Source: an uncultured virus (IMG/VR IMGVR_UViG_3300006128_000009)
Lineage: Duplodnaviria > Heunggongvirae > Uroviricota > Caudoviricetes
Direction: 5' to 3' (one strand)
Length of the DNA: 64,000 nt
IMG/VR virus record: IMGVR_UViG_3300006128_000009
Of the stretch, positions 19,046 to 28,709 are shown piece after piece. How positions within the stretch are numbered: position 1 is the stretch's first letter; each line of letters begins with the position of its first letter. Under the pieces are notes generated by a model. That model did not search any database. It was not told where the DNA came from and was given only the letters and a program-made list of their open reading frames with translations. The position numbers were made by a program, and so were the translations under genes.

Positions 19046-20026
19046 ATGTATACAGGAAATAACAAAAAATATTTTATAGCGGGTAAAGAGATTCATTCTG
19101 ATAGAAAAAAAGAAGAAGTAACACTTCATACGTATACAGAATTGGGATTTGAATGTGTTTATTCTCATTTACTAGCTAAAAGATTTATAAATGACGGAAC
19201 TCTTGATAAAGATAAAGATGTAGTTGTAACTTGTTCTGGTAGAGAATTCTTATATGACAATTACATAAAGACTATAACATGGGAAGAATTTGAAAAAATA
19301 TCTAGAAAGAAAGAAATAACAAACACAATTAATGCTTCTGATTTTTTTGTCGATGGTATATTATTTGAATCGGATTTCTTTCATAATTTTTATATGAAAG
19401 ACAGTAAAAAGAAAAATCAATTTGTTAATCCGAATCTTACATATCATCAAAATGTAATGAATTATGTAAAAAACGGTATTCCGGAATATAAATTCTTTAA
19501 AGAAGATTTTGAAATAATAACAAATTTAAATTTTAATAAAGATTTAAAAATACCAAATAAAAAATATATTTGTTTAAATAGAAGGTTTAGAAAACACAGA
19601 GAAAATTTAAATATGCCTGTGGATTATACTAAAAAATTAATAAAAGAACTAATTAAAGAATTTAATTGTGAAATTTATATGACAGGATTTCATAATGAAG
19701 AATTCCTTGAAATAGAAAATGTAAAATGGTTTAATTTAAGAGATTGGTGCACATTAATAAATCACGAAAACTGTTTAGCAGTAGTACAAAATCAAACTGG
19801 TACTGCTAATTTAACACAACTTTGCGGTAAAACAAAATTATTAAATATTATATTGGATATGGAAATGGCTCACTTTATGCCTATATACATGAATGGAAGA
19901 AGACCTGACGTTCTAGGTAAAGCTGTCAATTTTAAAAATATTAGGAACCTTGTTTTCCAACAAATGGGAAATATACCAGATATAATAAAAGCAATAAAAA
20001 AATATACAATAGATGAAAACATTTAA
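19046..20026 (+). CDS. Putative GT-B fold glycosyltransferase
   Basis: ELG near the N-terminus, KYICLNRRFR...R.N, TGTANL resemble GT9-like C-terminal domains; island context. Confidence 0.45.
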   Translation: MYTGNNKKYFIAGKEIHSDRKKEEVTLHTYTELGFECVYSHLLAKRFINDGTLDKDKDVVVTCSGREFLYDNYIKTITWEEFEKISRKKEITNTINASDFFVDGILFESDFFHNFYMKDSKKKNQFVNPNLTYHQNVMNYVKNGIPEYKFFKEDFEIITNLNFNKDLKIPNKKYICLNRRFRKHRENLNMPVDYTKKLIKELIKEFNCEIYMTGFHNEEFLEIENVKWFNLRDWCTLINHENCLAVVQNQTGTANLTQLCGKTKLLNIILDMEMAHFMPIYMNGRRPDVLGKAVNFKNIRNLVFQQMGNIPDIIKAIKKYTIDENI

Positions 20027-20744
20027 ACATTCAGGTGATATAGGAGATGTTATATACGGTCTATACGCCATGAAAAAGTTGGGTGGTGGTATATTATATC
20101 TTGATACTAATGCAGGAAAAGACGATGAAGCCATAACAAAAACATGTTCTTTTGGAAAAACTAAATTTAATAAAAAAGCATTTGATTATCTATACCCACT
20201 TTTAAAATGTCAACCATACATCAACGATGTAAAGGAATATAACGGAGAACACATTGATATAAATTTAAATTTATTTAGAACACCAAAAATAAACGGAACA
20301 TTTGAGCACAATATAATAAATTTACATCTAATTCCCTTTGGCTTACCTTTATATGATCACCAAGAAACTTGGTTAACAATTGATGATGAAATAAAATTAG
20401 AAAAAGAAATAATAATAAATCGAACACCTAGATACAATTATGATTATACTTGGTATGCGATGAATCATAAAAACTTAGAAGAAACTGCTATTTTTATAGG
20501 ATTAGAAAAAGAACATGATATATTTGAATATACTTTTAATTGTAAAATAAAACACCATAAAACCAAAAATGCATTAGAAGTTGCTAAAATAATAAAAGGA
20601 GCAAAACATTTAATTGCTAATCAGAGTTCAACATTAGCTATTGCTTTGGGATTGGGTACAACTAAAATATTACAAGAAGTTTATGGACCACATCCAGATT
20701 GTGTTTATAAAAAAAGAAAAAATATGAAATATATGAATCTTTAA
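20013..20744 (+). CDS. GT9 (heptosyltransferase-like) glycosyltransferase
   Basis: HSGDIGDVIY, LLKCQPYI, LEVAKIIKGAKHLIANQS...IALGLG. Confidence 0.75.
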   Translation: MKTFKHSGDIGDVIYGLYAMKKLGGGILYLDTNAGKDDEAITKTCSFGKTKFNKKAFDYLYPLLKCQPYINDVKEYNGEHIDINLNLFRTPKINGTFEHNIINLHLIPFGLPLYDHQETWLTIDDEIKLEKEIIINRTPRYNYDYTWYAMNHKNLEETAIFIGLEKEHDIFEYTFNCKIKHHKTKNALEVAKIIKGAKHLIANQSSTLAIALGLGTTKILQEVYGPHPDCVYKKRKNMKYMNL

Positions 20745-20745
20745 A

Positions 20746-21480
20746 ATGAAAAAATTAAATTTAAATAATATTACTATAGTATCAATTAATACAAGAGACC
20801 CAGAACTCAGTATTAAAGCAATAGAAAGAAGTTCAAAATATATAAATTTTGCAAAATATCTTCTTTTAACCGATAAACATATTAAACATGATTATATAGA
20901 AACTAAAATCATAAAAAAATTTAAGAGTGTAGAAGAATATAGTTTTTTTTGTATTGAACAATTAAATAATTATATTCATACGGATTTTTGTTTAATTGTA
21001 CAGCCAGATGGGTTCGTAACAAATCATTTGATGTGGAGTGATGACTTTCTTAAATGTGATTATATTGGAGCACCTTGGGACGAGAAGCATTCAGACATGG
21101 CTTTAAATTTTGCAAATGTAAACACTAATAATTTAAAAAAAATACCAAATGTAGTAGGTAATGGTGGTTTCTCATTAAGAAGTAAAAGGATGCTAAGAGA
21201 ATGTTCCTTTCTAGAATATAACAATTTTCCACCGGAAGATGTATTTATTTCAGCAACAGCAAGAAAAATTTTAGTTGATAAAGGTATAGTCTTTGCACCA
21301 CTCAAACTTGCTTGTAGATTTGCAATAGAACACCCACCACACAGCAATGAAAAACTTATAAACTTAGATTCTTATTTTGGTTATCATGGTAACCATGAAT
21401 TTAAAAGACCATTATTTGAATTATTAAATAATTACGAAAAAGATATAAATTGTATTGAACTTTTGAAAAATTTGATTTAG
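20746..21480 (+). CDS. DUF5672-like GT-A glycosyltransferase
   Basis: LIVQPDGF, DYIGAPW, VGNGGFSLRS, PEDVF, FGYHG. Confidence 0.8.
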   Translation: MKKLNLNNITIVSINTRDPELSIKAIERSSKYINFAKYLLLTDKHIKHDYIETKIIKKFKSVEEYSFFCIEQLNNYIHTDFCLIVQPDGFVTNHLMWSDDFLKCDYIGAPWDEKHSDMALNFANVNTNNLKKIPNVVGNGGFSLRSKRMLRECSFLEYNNFPPEDVFISATARKILVDKGIVFAPLKLACRFAIEHPPHSNEKLINLDSYFGYHGNHEFKRPLFELLNNYEKDINCIELLKNLI

Positions 21481-21499
21481 TATTATATAATAATAAATT
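21472..21499 (+). promoter_or_regulatory. sigma70-type promoter for gmd
   Basis: TTGATT-16-TAAATT, ATG 7 nt downstream. Confidence 0.45.
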
Positions 21500-21506
21500 A
21501 TTGACA

Positions 21507-22478
21507 ATGAAAAGAGCATTAATAACAGGAATCAATGGCATGGATGGAAGTCATTTAGCAGACTTCCTTTTAACTAAAGGATATATCATTTATGGAATGG
21601 AAAGAAGAAAAGCAAATGAAGATAGATTAAACACATCACATTTAGTTGGAAAAATAAACTTTTTAAAGGGCGATTTATCTGATCAAAATTCACTCGTCAG
21701 ATGTTTAAAAGAAGCACAACCAGATGAAGTATATAATTTAGCATCTCAATCCTTAGTTGAAGATAGTTGGGGTACACCCGAAACGATAGCTAATACAACC
21801 GGATTAGGAGTATTAAGAATTTTAGAAGCTATAAAAGAATATGGAAATAAAAATATAAGATTTTATCAAGCATCATCTTCCGAAATGTTTGGTAAAATGG
21901 TAGAAACCCCTTCAAAAGAAACTTCTCCTTTTTATCCTAGATCCCCATACGGAGTTGCGAAACAATATGGTCATTGGATTTCGAAAAATTATAGAGAATC
22001 TTTTGGTATGTTTAATTGTAGTGGTATACTTTTTAATCATGAAAGTGAAAGAAGAGGAAGACAATTTGTTACCAGAAAAATAACAGATGGCGTTGCTAGA
22101 ATTCACTTAGGCTTAGAAAAGCACCTAGCATTAGGTAATCTAGAAGCTGTTAGAGATTGGGGGTATGCACCTGATTATGTAGAAGGTATGTGGTTAATGT
22201 TACAACAAGACGAACCGGATGATTATGTACTTGCTACTGGTGTTACGCATAGCATCAGAGATCTTTTAAATATAGCTTTTTCGGAAGTAGGAATATCAGA
22301 TTGGTCTGAATATATAATAAAAGACGAAAAATTCTTCAGACCAGCAGAAGTTGATGTATTAAGAGGAGATGCATCAAAAGCAAAAAACAAATTAGGATGG
22401 CAACCAAAAACATCATTTGAAGAAATGATAACAAAAATGATAAAAAATGATATTAATATTTTAAAGAAAACAATATGA
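21507..22478 (+). CDS. gmd: GDP-mannose 4,6-dehydratase
   Basis: ALITGINGMDGSHLA, FYQASSSEMFG, PRSPYGVAK, GILFNHES, RDWGYA, RPAEVDVL. Confidence 0.95.
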   Translation: MKRALITGINGMDGSHLADFLLTKGYIIYGMERRKANEDRLNTSHLVGKINFLKGDLSDQNSLVRCLKEAQPDEVYNLASQSLVEDSWGTPETIANTTGLGVLRILEAIKEYGNKNIRFYQASSSEMFGKMVETPSKETSPFYPRSPYGVAKQYGHWISKNYRESFGMFNCSGILFNHESERRGRQFVTRKITDGVARIHLGLEKHLALGNLEAVRDWGYAPDYVEGMWLMLQQDEPDDYVLATGVTHSIRDLLNIAFSEVGISDWSEYIIKDEKFFRPAEVDVLRGDASKAKNKLGWQPKTSFEEMITKMIKNDINILKKTI

Positions 22479-23395
22479 AATACTATTTAAACGTTGAATT
22501 TTTAAGTAAAAATGATATCGATGCATCGATATCAACTGGTGGTACGCATATGTTTTTATTAATGCCTTTCTTAGAAAGAAAAGATTATTTCGAATTCAAC
22601 AGAAGAATAGGAGATGATAACGATGCATTTTATAATAAATTATATTATTCAAAGGATATTTTTTACACTAAAGCCAATACAATAGAAGAATGTGATTATA
22701 GCGTAATACCATTTAAACTAAGACCCAATGACTCTAGAGTAAATTCGATTTGTAACCAAGCTTTAACTTACAATAAAAAAGTAATTTCTTTTTATTCTGA
22801 TGATGATCATGGTGAATATGATTTACCAGAAAATTTAATATTGTTCAGAACTTCATTATTAAAAAGTAAAAAACATAAAAATGAAAGAGTAATGCCACAT
22901 CTAATTGCTGATAATTTTTATGGGTTTACAGATGATATTGAAAATAGTATTGGGTTTTGTGGATTACCCTATCACGGTAGAAGTCAAACATTAGAAAAAA
23001 TAAAAAAAAAAAATATAAAAACGAATATAATTTACAGAAGAAATTCCTTTGCTCAAGACATAGGATGTGAAATAGAAGCAAGAAGACAATTTCATCGAAA
23101 TCTTTCAAATAACAAATACACATTTTGTATGAGGGGAAATGGGAATAGTTCCATACGTTTTTATGAAGCATTAAATTTTGGTAGAATTCCAATATTAATT
23201 GACACTGATACAGAATTACCATTTTCAAAAATTATAAATTGGGAAAATCATATTATAAAAATAAATCAAAATGAAATCGATAACTTACCTAAGTTATTAG
23301 AAGAAGATAATAGATCAATGTTACAAAATAGGTTATTATGGGAAGAATATTTTTCTCCTCATGGATATGCAAAAAATTTCCACAAAGATATTTGA
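22475..23395 (+). CDS. Exostosin/GT47-like glycosyltransferase
   Basis: IGFCG...R...YTFCMRGNGNSSIRFYEALNFGRIPILI...LPF..IINW. Confidence 0.85.
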   Translation: MKYYLNVEFLSKNDIDASISTGGTHMFLLMPFLERKDYFEFNRRIGDDNDAFYNKLYYSKDIFYTKANTIEECDYSVIPFKLRPNDSRVNSICNQALTYNKKVISFYSDDDHGEYDLPENLILFRTSLLKSKKHKNERVMPHLIADNFYGFTDDIENSIGFCGLPYHGRSQTLEKIKKKNIKTNIIYRRNSFAQDIGCEIEARRQFHRNLSNNKYTFCMRGNGNSSIRFYEALNFGRIPILIDTDTELPFSKIINWENHIIKINQNEIDNLPKLLEEDNRSMLQNRLLWEEYFSPHGYAKNFHKDI

Positions 23396-23419
23396 TTTGT
23401 TAAATTATTAATATATAAT
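23392..23419 (+). promoter_or_regulatory. sigma70-type promoter
   Basis: TTGATT-16-TATAAT, ATG 6 nt downstream. Confidence 0.55.
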
Positions 23420-23425
23420 CGTTAT

Positions 23426-24061
23426 ATGAAATACAATGTAATAACACCCTTTAAAAGATATAATAATTTTGATTTATTAGTTAATAATCTTGAAAATAAA
23501 GATGTAACATGGCATATCATAACAGATGATGATTCAGATTTTAATATTAATATTAACAAAACTTGGATTAAACATTATGTTTGCCCGAATAAAAATGTAA
23601 ACTTTTGGGAACGGTGTAATTTTTCCATAAATTGGTTTTTGGATAATCAAAATATTGAAGAAGAGGAAATGTATTGCATATTGAACGATGATGATGCATA
23701 TGAAGAAGATTTCTTTAAAAAAATAACACAAGGAATCGAGATATCGGAAAATAAAAATTTAAACAATGATATTGTTATATGTTCTATGGAAAGAGGACAT
23801 AATATACCAGCTGATGTAGTATTTCCTAGAGTACATAACATAACAAAATTATGGGGTCGTCCTGAATGTATGCATATAGGTGGTGTTGGTGTTGAGCAGA
23901 TAATTTTAAAAGGTAAAAAATTAAAAAATTATAGACTTCCCTTAGAAATATGTGGAGACGGTATGTTTATAACCGAAATATTAAAAACAAACGAATGTAT
24001 TTATATACCACAAGCAAATGTTTATTTTAATTATTTTGAACCGGGTCGGTGGAATAAATAA
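23426..24061 (+). CDS. GT-A glycosyltransferase
   Basis: VITPFKR, WHIITDDD, YCILNDDD, CGDGMF. Confidence 0.75.
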   Translation: MKYNVITPFKRYNNFDLLVNNLENKDVTWHIITDDDSDFNININKTWIKHYVCPNKNVNFWERCNFSINWFLDNQNIEEEEMYCILNDDDAYEEDFFKKITQGIEISENKNLNNDIVICSMERGHNIPADVVFPRVHNITKLWGRPECMHIGGVGVEQIILKGKKLKNYRLPLEICGDGMFITEILKTNECIYIPQANVYFNYFEPGRWNK

Positions 24062-24072
24062 ACCGATTAAAA

Positions 24073-24990
24073 ATGAAAAAAATACTTTTTGTAAATAGTA
24101 AACAAACTCAGTGTGGAGTATACCAATATGGTTTAAGATTGAGTAATATTTTAAAAAAATCTAAAAACTTAGAATTTTCTTATATTGAAGTAGAAAATCA
24201 TATAGAGTTTTTAAATTTAAATTTAGATTATTTTGAAATTATACTATTTAATTTTATTGGTGGTTATGGTAACGGGCCTTTTTATTGGATTAATGATGTA
24301 TTTATTAATACATTAAAACAAATAAAACCAAATATAAAATTAATATCTATATTACATGATGTTATTCAAAATATTAATTTTGATTTCATTATAGATCAAA
24401 ATCCCAAATCACCTAATGGAATACCTAGACCTTTATTTAATTTTGAATTAAATCAATTGTTTAAAAATGAAAAAATAAACGTAGGTAGTTTTGGATTTCA
24501 AGGCGAAAGAAAAGGATTCGAAAATGTGGTTTTAACTTGTAATCAACAATTTGATGAAGCTGTTATTAATTTAAATATAACAAATGCTTATTTTGGTGAT
24601 GCTAATTCCATTTTAACAAATAATCAAGTTAATAACATAAAAAATATTCCATTAAAACCAAATGTCGAATTGAATATAACTTCTATGTTTTTGTCAAATC
24701 AAGAAATGATAAATTTTTTAACAAAAAATGATATAAATATGTTTTTATATCGTAATTCAAATTACACCGCATCAGTTATAGATTATGCTATTTATGCAAA
24801 TAAACCAATAGCAGTAACAAATGAAAAATGCTTCGAACACATTTACGATGAAAATATAGATATAGATAAAAGAAGTATAAATTATATAATTGATTTTTGT
24901 ATCAATGAAAATTACATACAAAAAATAAAAGATAGTTGGAGTGAAGTAAATTTACTAGATAAATTTGAAAAATTAATATATAATATATAA
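24073..24990 (+). CDS. GT-B (GT4-like) glycosyltransferase
   Basis: CGVYQYG, ILHD, VGSFGF...KGFE, NMFLY...SVIDYAI...KPIAVT. Confidence 0.75.
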   Translation: MKKILFVNSKQTQCGVYQYGLRLSNILKKSKNLEFSYIEVENHIEFLNLNLDYFEIILFNFIGGYGNGPFYWINDVFINTLKQIKPNIKLISILHDVIQNINFDFIIDQNPKSPNGIPRPLFNFELNQLFKNEKINVGSFGFQGERKGFENVVLTCNQQFDEAVINLNITNAYFGDANSILTNNQVNNIKNIPLKPNVELNITSMFLSNQEMINFLTKNDINMFLYRNSNYTASVIDYAIYANKPIAVTNEKCFEHIYDENIDIDKRSINYIIDFCINENYIQKIKDSWSEVNLLDKFEKLIYNI

Positions 24991-24993
24991 ATC

Positions 24994-25593
24994 ATGTATT
25001 CACAAGTATCACAAGACGAATTTGTAAAAAAAATAATAGGTAATTCTGGATTTTTTTTAGATATAGGTGCAGGTTGGGTAGAACCACTATTAAATAGTAA
25101 TTCTCTGTTTCTAGAAGAACAAGGGTGGGATGGAATCTGTATAGATGGAGATTTAACATCTGCTAATAATAGAAAAAATAAAGCAATACGATCAAAAGTA
25201 TTAAATGTGATGGTAAATGAGAATAATCTTAAAAATATTTTAGATGAAAATAATGCACCAAAAACTATAGATTATGTATCTCTTGATATAGAACCATATT
25301 CACTGATAGGTCTTTTAAGTTTTCCCTTTTCTGATTATGAATTTAAGGTTCTAACCTTTGAGCATGATAGTTATAGAACAGGTGAAAGCGAAAAATTAAA
25401 ATCACATGATATTCTATTGAATCAAGGCTACTATTGTTTATGTGAAGACATCAGAGTTCCTTCTGATTTTTCAAATGAAGGTTATTTTGAAGATTGGTGG
25501 ATTAATAAAAAATATTTTTCTGATTCCTTTATGCAAAAAAACACTTTTAAAAAATGTTTTGGGCAAAATATCATTGACAATATATCAATTTAA
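24994..25593 (+). CDS. FkbM-like SAM-dependent methyltransferase
   Basis: YSQVSQD, GFFLDIGAG, SNSLFLE.QGWDGICID, IDYVSLDIE, TFEHD, EDWW. Confidence 0.85.
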   Translation: MYSQVSQDEFVKKIIGNSGFFLDIGAGWVEPLLNSNSLFLEEQGWDGICIDGDLTSANNRKNKAIRSKVLNVMVNENNLKNILDENNAPKTIDYVSLDIEPYSLIGLLSFPFSDYEFKVLTFEHDSYRTGESEKLKSHDILLNQGYYCLCEDIRVPSDFSNEGYFEDWWINKKYFSDSFMQKNTFKKCFGQNIIDNISI

Positions 25594-25610
25594 AATAATT
25601 AAAAAAAAAT

Positions 25611-26825
25611 ATGAATAAAATACTAACACTAGGAGATCATTACGTATCAGACTTTTTAAAACCTGATGATAATAATATTAGAACTAAATATAGTTTGGAT
25701 TTAGTAATGGATGAAAAAATAGGTGCTGCTAGACTTTCAGAAGTAGCACCATCTGATAGTATGTGGGGAAAATACTGGTATAGATCAGGAATTAACGCAA
25801 CAATGAAAAAAGAATTAAAAAATGTTGTTGATGAAGTTATCTCTCGTGTATCTTTAAACGATAACGATATCTGGCTAGATATTGCATGTAATGATGGAAC
25901 TCTTTTAGCACAGGTTCCGGATAACTTAATTAAACTTGGTATAGATCCTGCTGATGATTCTTTTCATGCCGAATCATCTCAATTTGCTACTGTAGTACAA
26001 GATTATTTTAATTATGATTCATATCAAAGAACCGGATATGGTGATAAAAAAGCAAAAGTTATTACTACTATTGCTATGTTTTACGATTTACTTGATCCAA
26101 ATCCATTCATAGAAGATATAAATAAGATCCTAGACGATAATGGTATTTGGGTTTTACAGATGTCATATACACCTCTAATGATTAAGCAACTGGCTTTTGA
26201 TAATATTTGCCATGAACATGCTTATTATTATTCTTTAAATTCAATCGTGAAACTTTTTGCAAATCATAATCTTAAAGTTGTTGATTGCTCTTTAAATGAT
26301 GTAAATGGTGGTAGTTTCAGAGTATACGTTCAAAAGAATACAGCTGATATCGCAGCTTTTGCAACAAGTCCTCTTAGAGATGTTTGTAATTTTAGAATTA
26401 ATTCATTACTAGACTATGAAAATAGTGAATATGATATTGGTAATCCAGAAATATGGCATAAGTTTTTTAATAACATTGAAGATTTAAAAAATAAAACTGT
26501 TAATTTCATTAAAGAAGAAAAAGCAAAAGGTAAAACTATATGTGGATATGGTGCATCCACAAAAGGCAATACTCTATTACAATATTTTGGTTTAGATAAT
26601 ACTTTAATTGATGCTATTGCAGAAAGAAGCCCATATAAATTTGGTTTAAAAACAGTCGGAACCGATATTCCAATTAAATCAGAACAAGAAGTAAGAGATA
26701 TGAAACCTGATTATATGTTAGTTTTACCTTGGCATTTTATAAATGAATTTATAAAAAGAGAAAATGAATATCTTAACAATGGTGGTAAATTCATTGTTCC
26801 TTGTCCAAAATTTGAAATCATATAA
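25611..26825 (+). CDS. NDP-hexose C-methyltransferase (TcaB9/NovU family)
   Basis: LDIACNDGTLL, FDNICHEHAYYY, NGGSFR, GYGASTKGNTLLQY, VLPWHF, GGKFIVPCP. Confidence 0.9.
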   Translation: MNKILTLGDHYVSDFLKPDDNNIRTKYSLDLVMDEKIGAARLSEVAPSDSMWGKYWYRSGINATMKKELKNVVDEVISRVSLNDNDIWLDIACNDGTLLAQVPDNLIKLGIDPADDSFHAESSQFATVVQDYFNYDSYQRTGYGDKKAKVITTIAMFYDLLDPNPFIEDINKILDDNGIWVLQMSYTPLMIKQLAFDNICHEHAYYYSLNSIVKLFANHNLKVVDCSLNDVNGGSFRVYVQKNTADIAAFATSPLRDVCNFRINSLLDYENSEYDIGNPEIWHKFFNNIEDLKNKTVNFIKEEKAKGKTICGYGASTKGNTLLQYFGLDNTLIDAIAERSPYKFGLKTVGTDIPIKSEQEVRDMKPDYMLVLPWHFINEFIKRENEYLNNGGKFIVPCPKFEII

Positions 26826-26832
26826 ATAAAAA

Positions 26833-26861
26833 TTGAAATTTTTTTTATATTATACTATAAT
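26833..26861 (+). promoter_or_regulatory. sigma70-type promoter for gp46
   Basis: TTGAAA-17-TATAAT, ATG 7 nt downstream. Confidence 0.6.
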
Positions 26862-26868
26862 AGTATGA

Positions 26869-28677
26869 ATGAAGAAAGTTCAGTTTAATTCTGTAAAAAT
26901 ACAAAATTTCTTGTCGATTGGAGAAGAAGTTTTCGAATTAACTTTTCAAAAAGGCATTACTCTTATAACAGGGGAGAACAAAGATAAAGGTGGAAAGAAT
27001 GGAGTAGGAAAGAGTTCTATACTAGAAGCAATATATTGGTGTTTATTTGGAAATACCATTAGAGATATTAAAACAGATAAGATTATTCATAATTTAAGTG
27101 ATAAAGGAACAGAAGTATGTCTCAATTTTAATATCTCAACACAAAATAAAGTTACGAATTATAAGATAACTCGGTCATTAAAGCCTAGTAAACTTAATAT
27201 AATTGCTAATATAGATCAAAAAGAAGAAGATCTAACGCTTTCTACTATACCTGAAACAGAAAAATATATTCTTGCTTTGATAGGAGCCACAGAGGAGGTA
27301 TTTCAAAATGCAGTAATCATGTCTACTAACAATACTTTGCCTTTTATGGCACAAAAAAAAGTAGATAAGCGAAAATTCATCGAAGGAATATTAAATCTTA
27401 ATATTTTTAGTGAAATGTTGCTTAAAACAAGAGCAGATTTTAATACTACTAAGAAAGAAAACGATTTACTCAGTAATGATTTTATAAACCAACAAAGAAA
27501 TCTTGAACTTTTTGAAACACAAAAACAAAAAGCAGATGATCTTAAAAGAGAAAAGATACAAAACATAAATAAAAAAATAGAAGATAGTAAAAAAACAATA
27601 GATGATTTGGAAAAGGAAGACATTCCATCTAATAAAGAAGTAAAAAAACAAATAAAAGAAGTAGAAGATAAAATTTCTACGTTAAGAGAGGGTATTTCCG
27701 AAGCTAATAGATCAATAATAGAAGCAGGTAAAAAATATGCTGAAGAATTTTCTGAATTAAATCAGAAAATAAAAGAAAAAAAGAAAATAATAGAAAAGGG
27801 AGATACGTGTCCAAGTTGTAATAGGAAATATTGTGATGATGATCTTCACTTGGTGGATAAAAAAATAAAAGAACTTGATGAATCAATAGAGAATCAACAA
27901 AGTATTGTTGATAATTTAAAGCAAAACAAGATCGATAAAGAGAATTTTGGTCAAAAATTATCTAATGGTGTGATTAAACTGGAAAAAAAATTAAAGGAGC
28001 TTAACCAAGAAGCATCAAAAGCATCTGTACACCAAGAAAAAATTAAAAATTTACAAGAAAAGATAAAGGAATATGAAAAATCTATAGACGAAATAACTAA
28101 TGAAAAATTAGATTTTGATGCAAATATAGAAAAAACAAAAGAAAAGATTTTTAAACTTGAGAATGATATTACAAATATTAAAAAAGATATTTCTGTACTT
28201 GAAACTGTTAAATTTATTGTATCAGAAGAAGGAGTTAAGACTTTTATTATTAAAAAAATGTTAAGTTTACTCAATACGAAGTTGAATTACTATTTAAAAT
28301 TACTTGATACTCCATGTAAAATTGAATTCAATGAATTGTTTGAAGAAACAATTATAAATGATACAGGAAAAGAGTGTTCATATCATAATTTTAGTGGGGG
28401 AGAACGAGTCAGGATTAATATTGCAGTATTGTTTATGTTCCAAGATTTATTGAGAAGTCAATCCGGAACATCATACTCATTAAATGTATATGATGAGTTA
28501 CTAGATTCTGCAATTGATCAAAAAGGAGCAGAGAAAATACTTGAGATTTTACGTGATAGAATTGAAAAATACGATGAATCAATATATATTGTGTCTCACA
28601 ATTCAAATATTAAATCAAATATTGATAATGTGATAACTTTAGAAAAAATAAATGGCGTTACTAAGATTATTAATTGA
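26869..28677 (+). CDS. gp46: Recombination ATPase (gp46/Rad50/SbcC)
   Basis: NFLSIG, NGVGKSS, coiled coil with CPSC hook, FSGGER, DELLDS, VSH. Confidence 0.95.
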   Translation: MKKVQFNSVKIQNFLSIGEEVFELTFQKGITLITGENKDKGGKNGVGKSSILEAIYWCLFGNTIRDIKTDKIIHNLSDKGTEVCLNFNISTQNKVTNYKITRSLKPSKLNIIANIDQKEEDLTLSTIPETEKYILALIGATEEVFQNAVIMSTNNTLPFMAQKKVDKRKFIEGILNLNIFSEMLLKTRADFNTTKKENDLLSNDFINQQRNLELFETQKQKADDLKREKIQNINKKIEDSKKTIDDLEKEDIPSNKEVKKQIKEVEDKISTLREGISEANRSIIEAGKKYAEEFSELNQKIKEKKKIIEKGDTCPSCNRKYCDDDLHLVDKKIKELDESIENQQSIVDNLKQNKIDKENFGQKLSNGVIKLEKKLKELNQEASKASVHQEKIKNLQEKIKEYEKSIDEITNEKLDFDANIEKTKEKIFKLENDITNIKKDISVLETVKFIVSEEGVKTFIIKKMLSLLNTKLNYYLKLLDTPCKIEFNELFEETIINDTGKECSYHNFSGGERVRINIAVLFMFQDLLRSQSGTSYSLNVYDELLDSAIDQKGAEKILEILRDRIEKYDESIYIVSHNSNIKSNIDNVITLEKINGVTKIIN

Positions 28678-28709
28678 TTTTTTATAGTTTATGTGTTAAT
28701 ATAAGTTAT

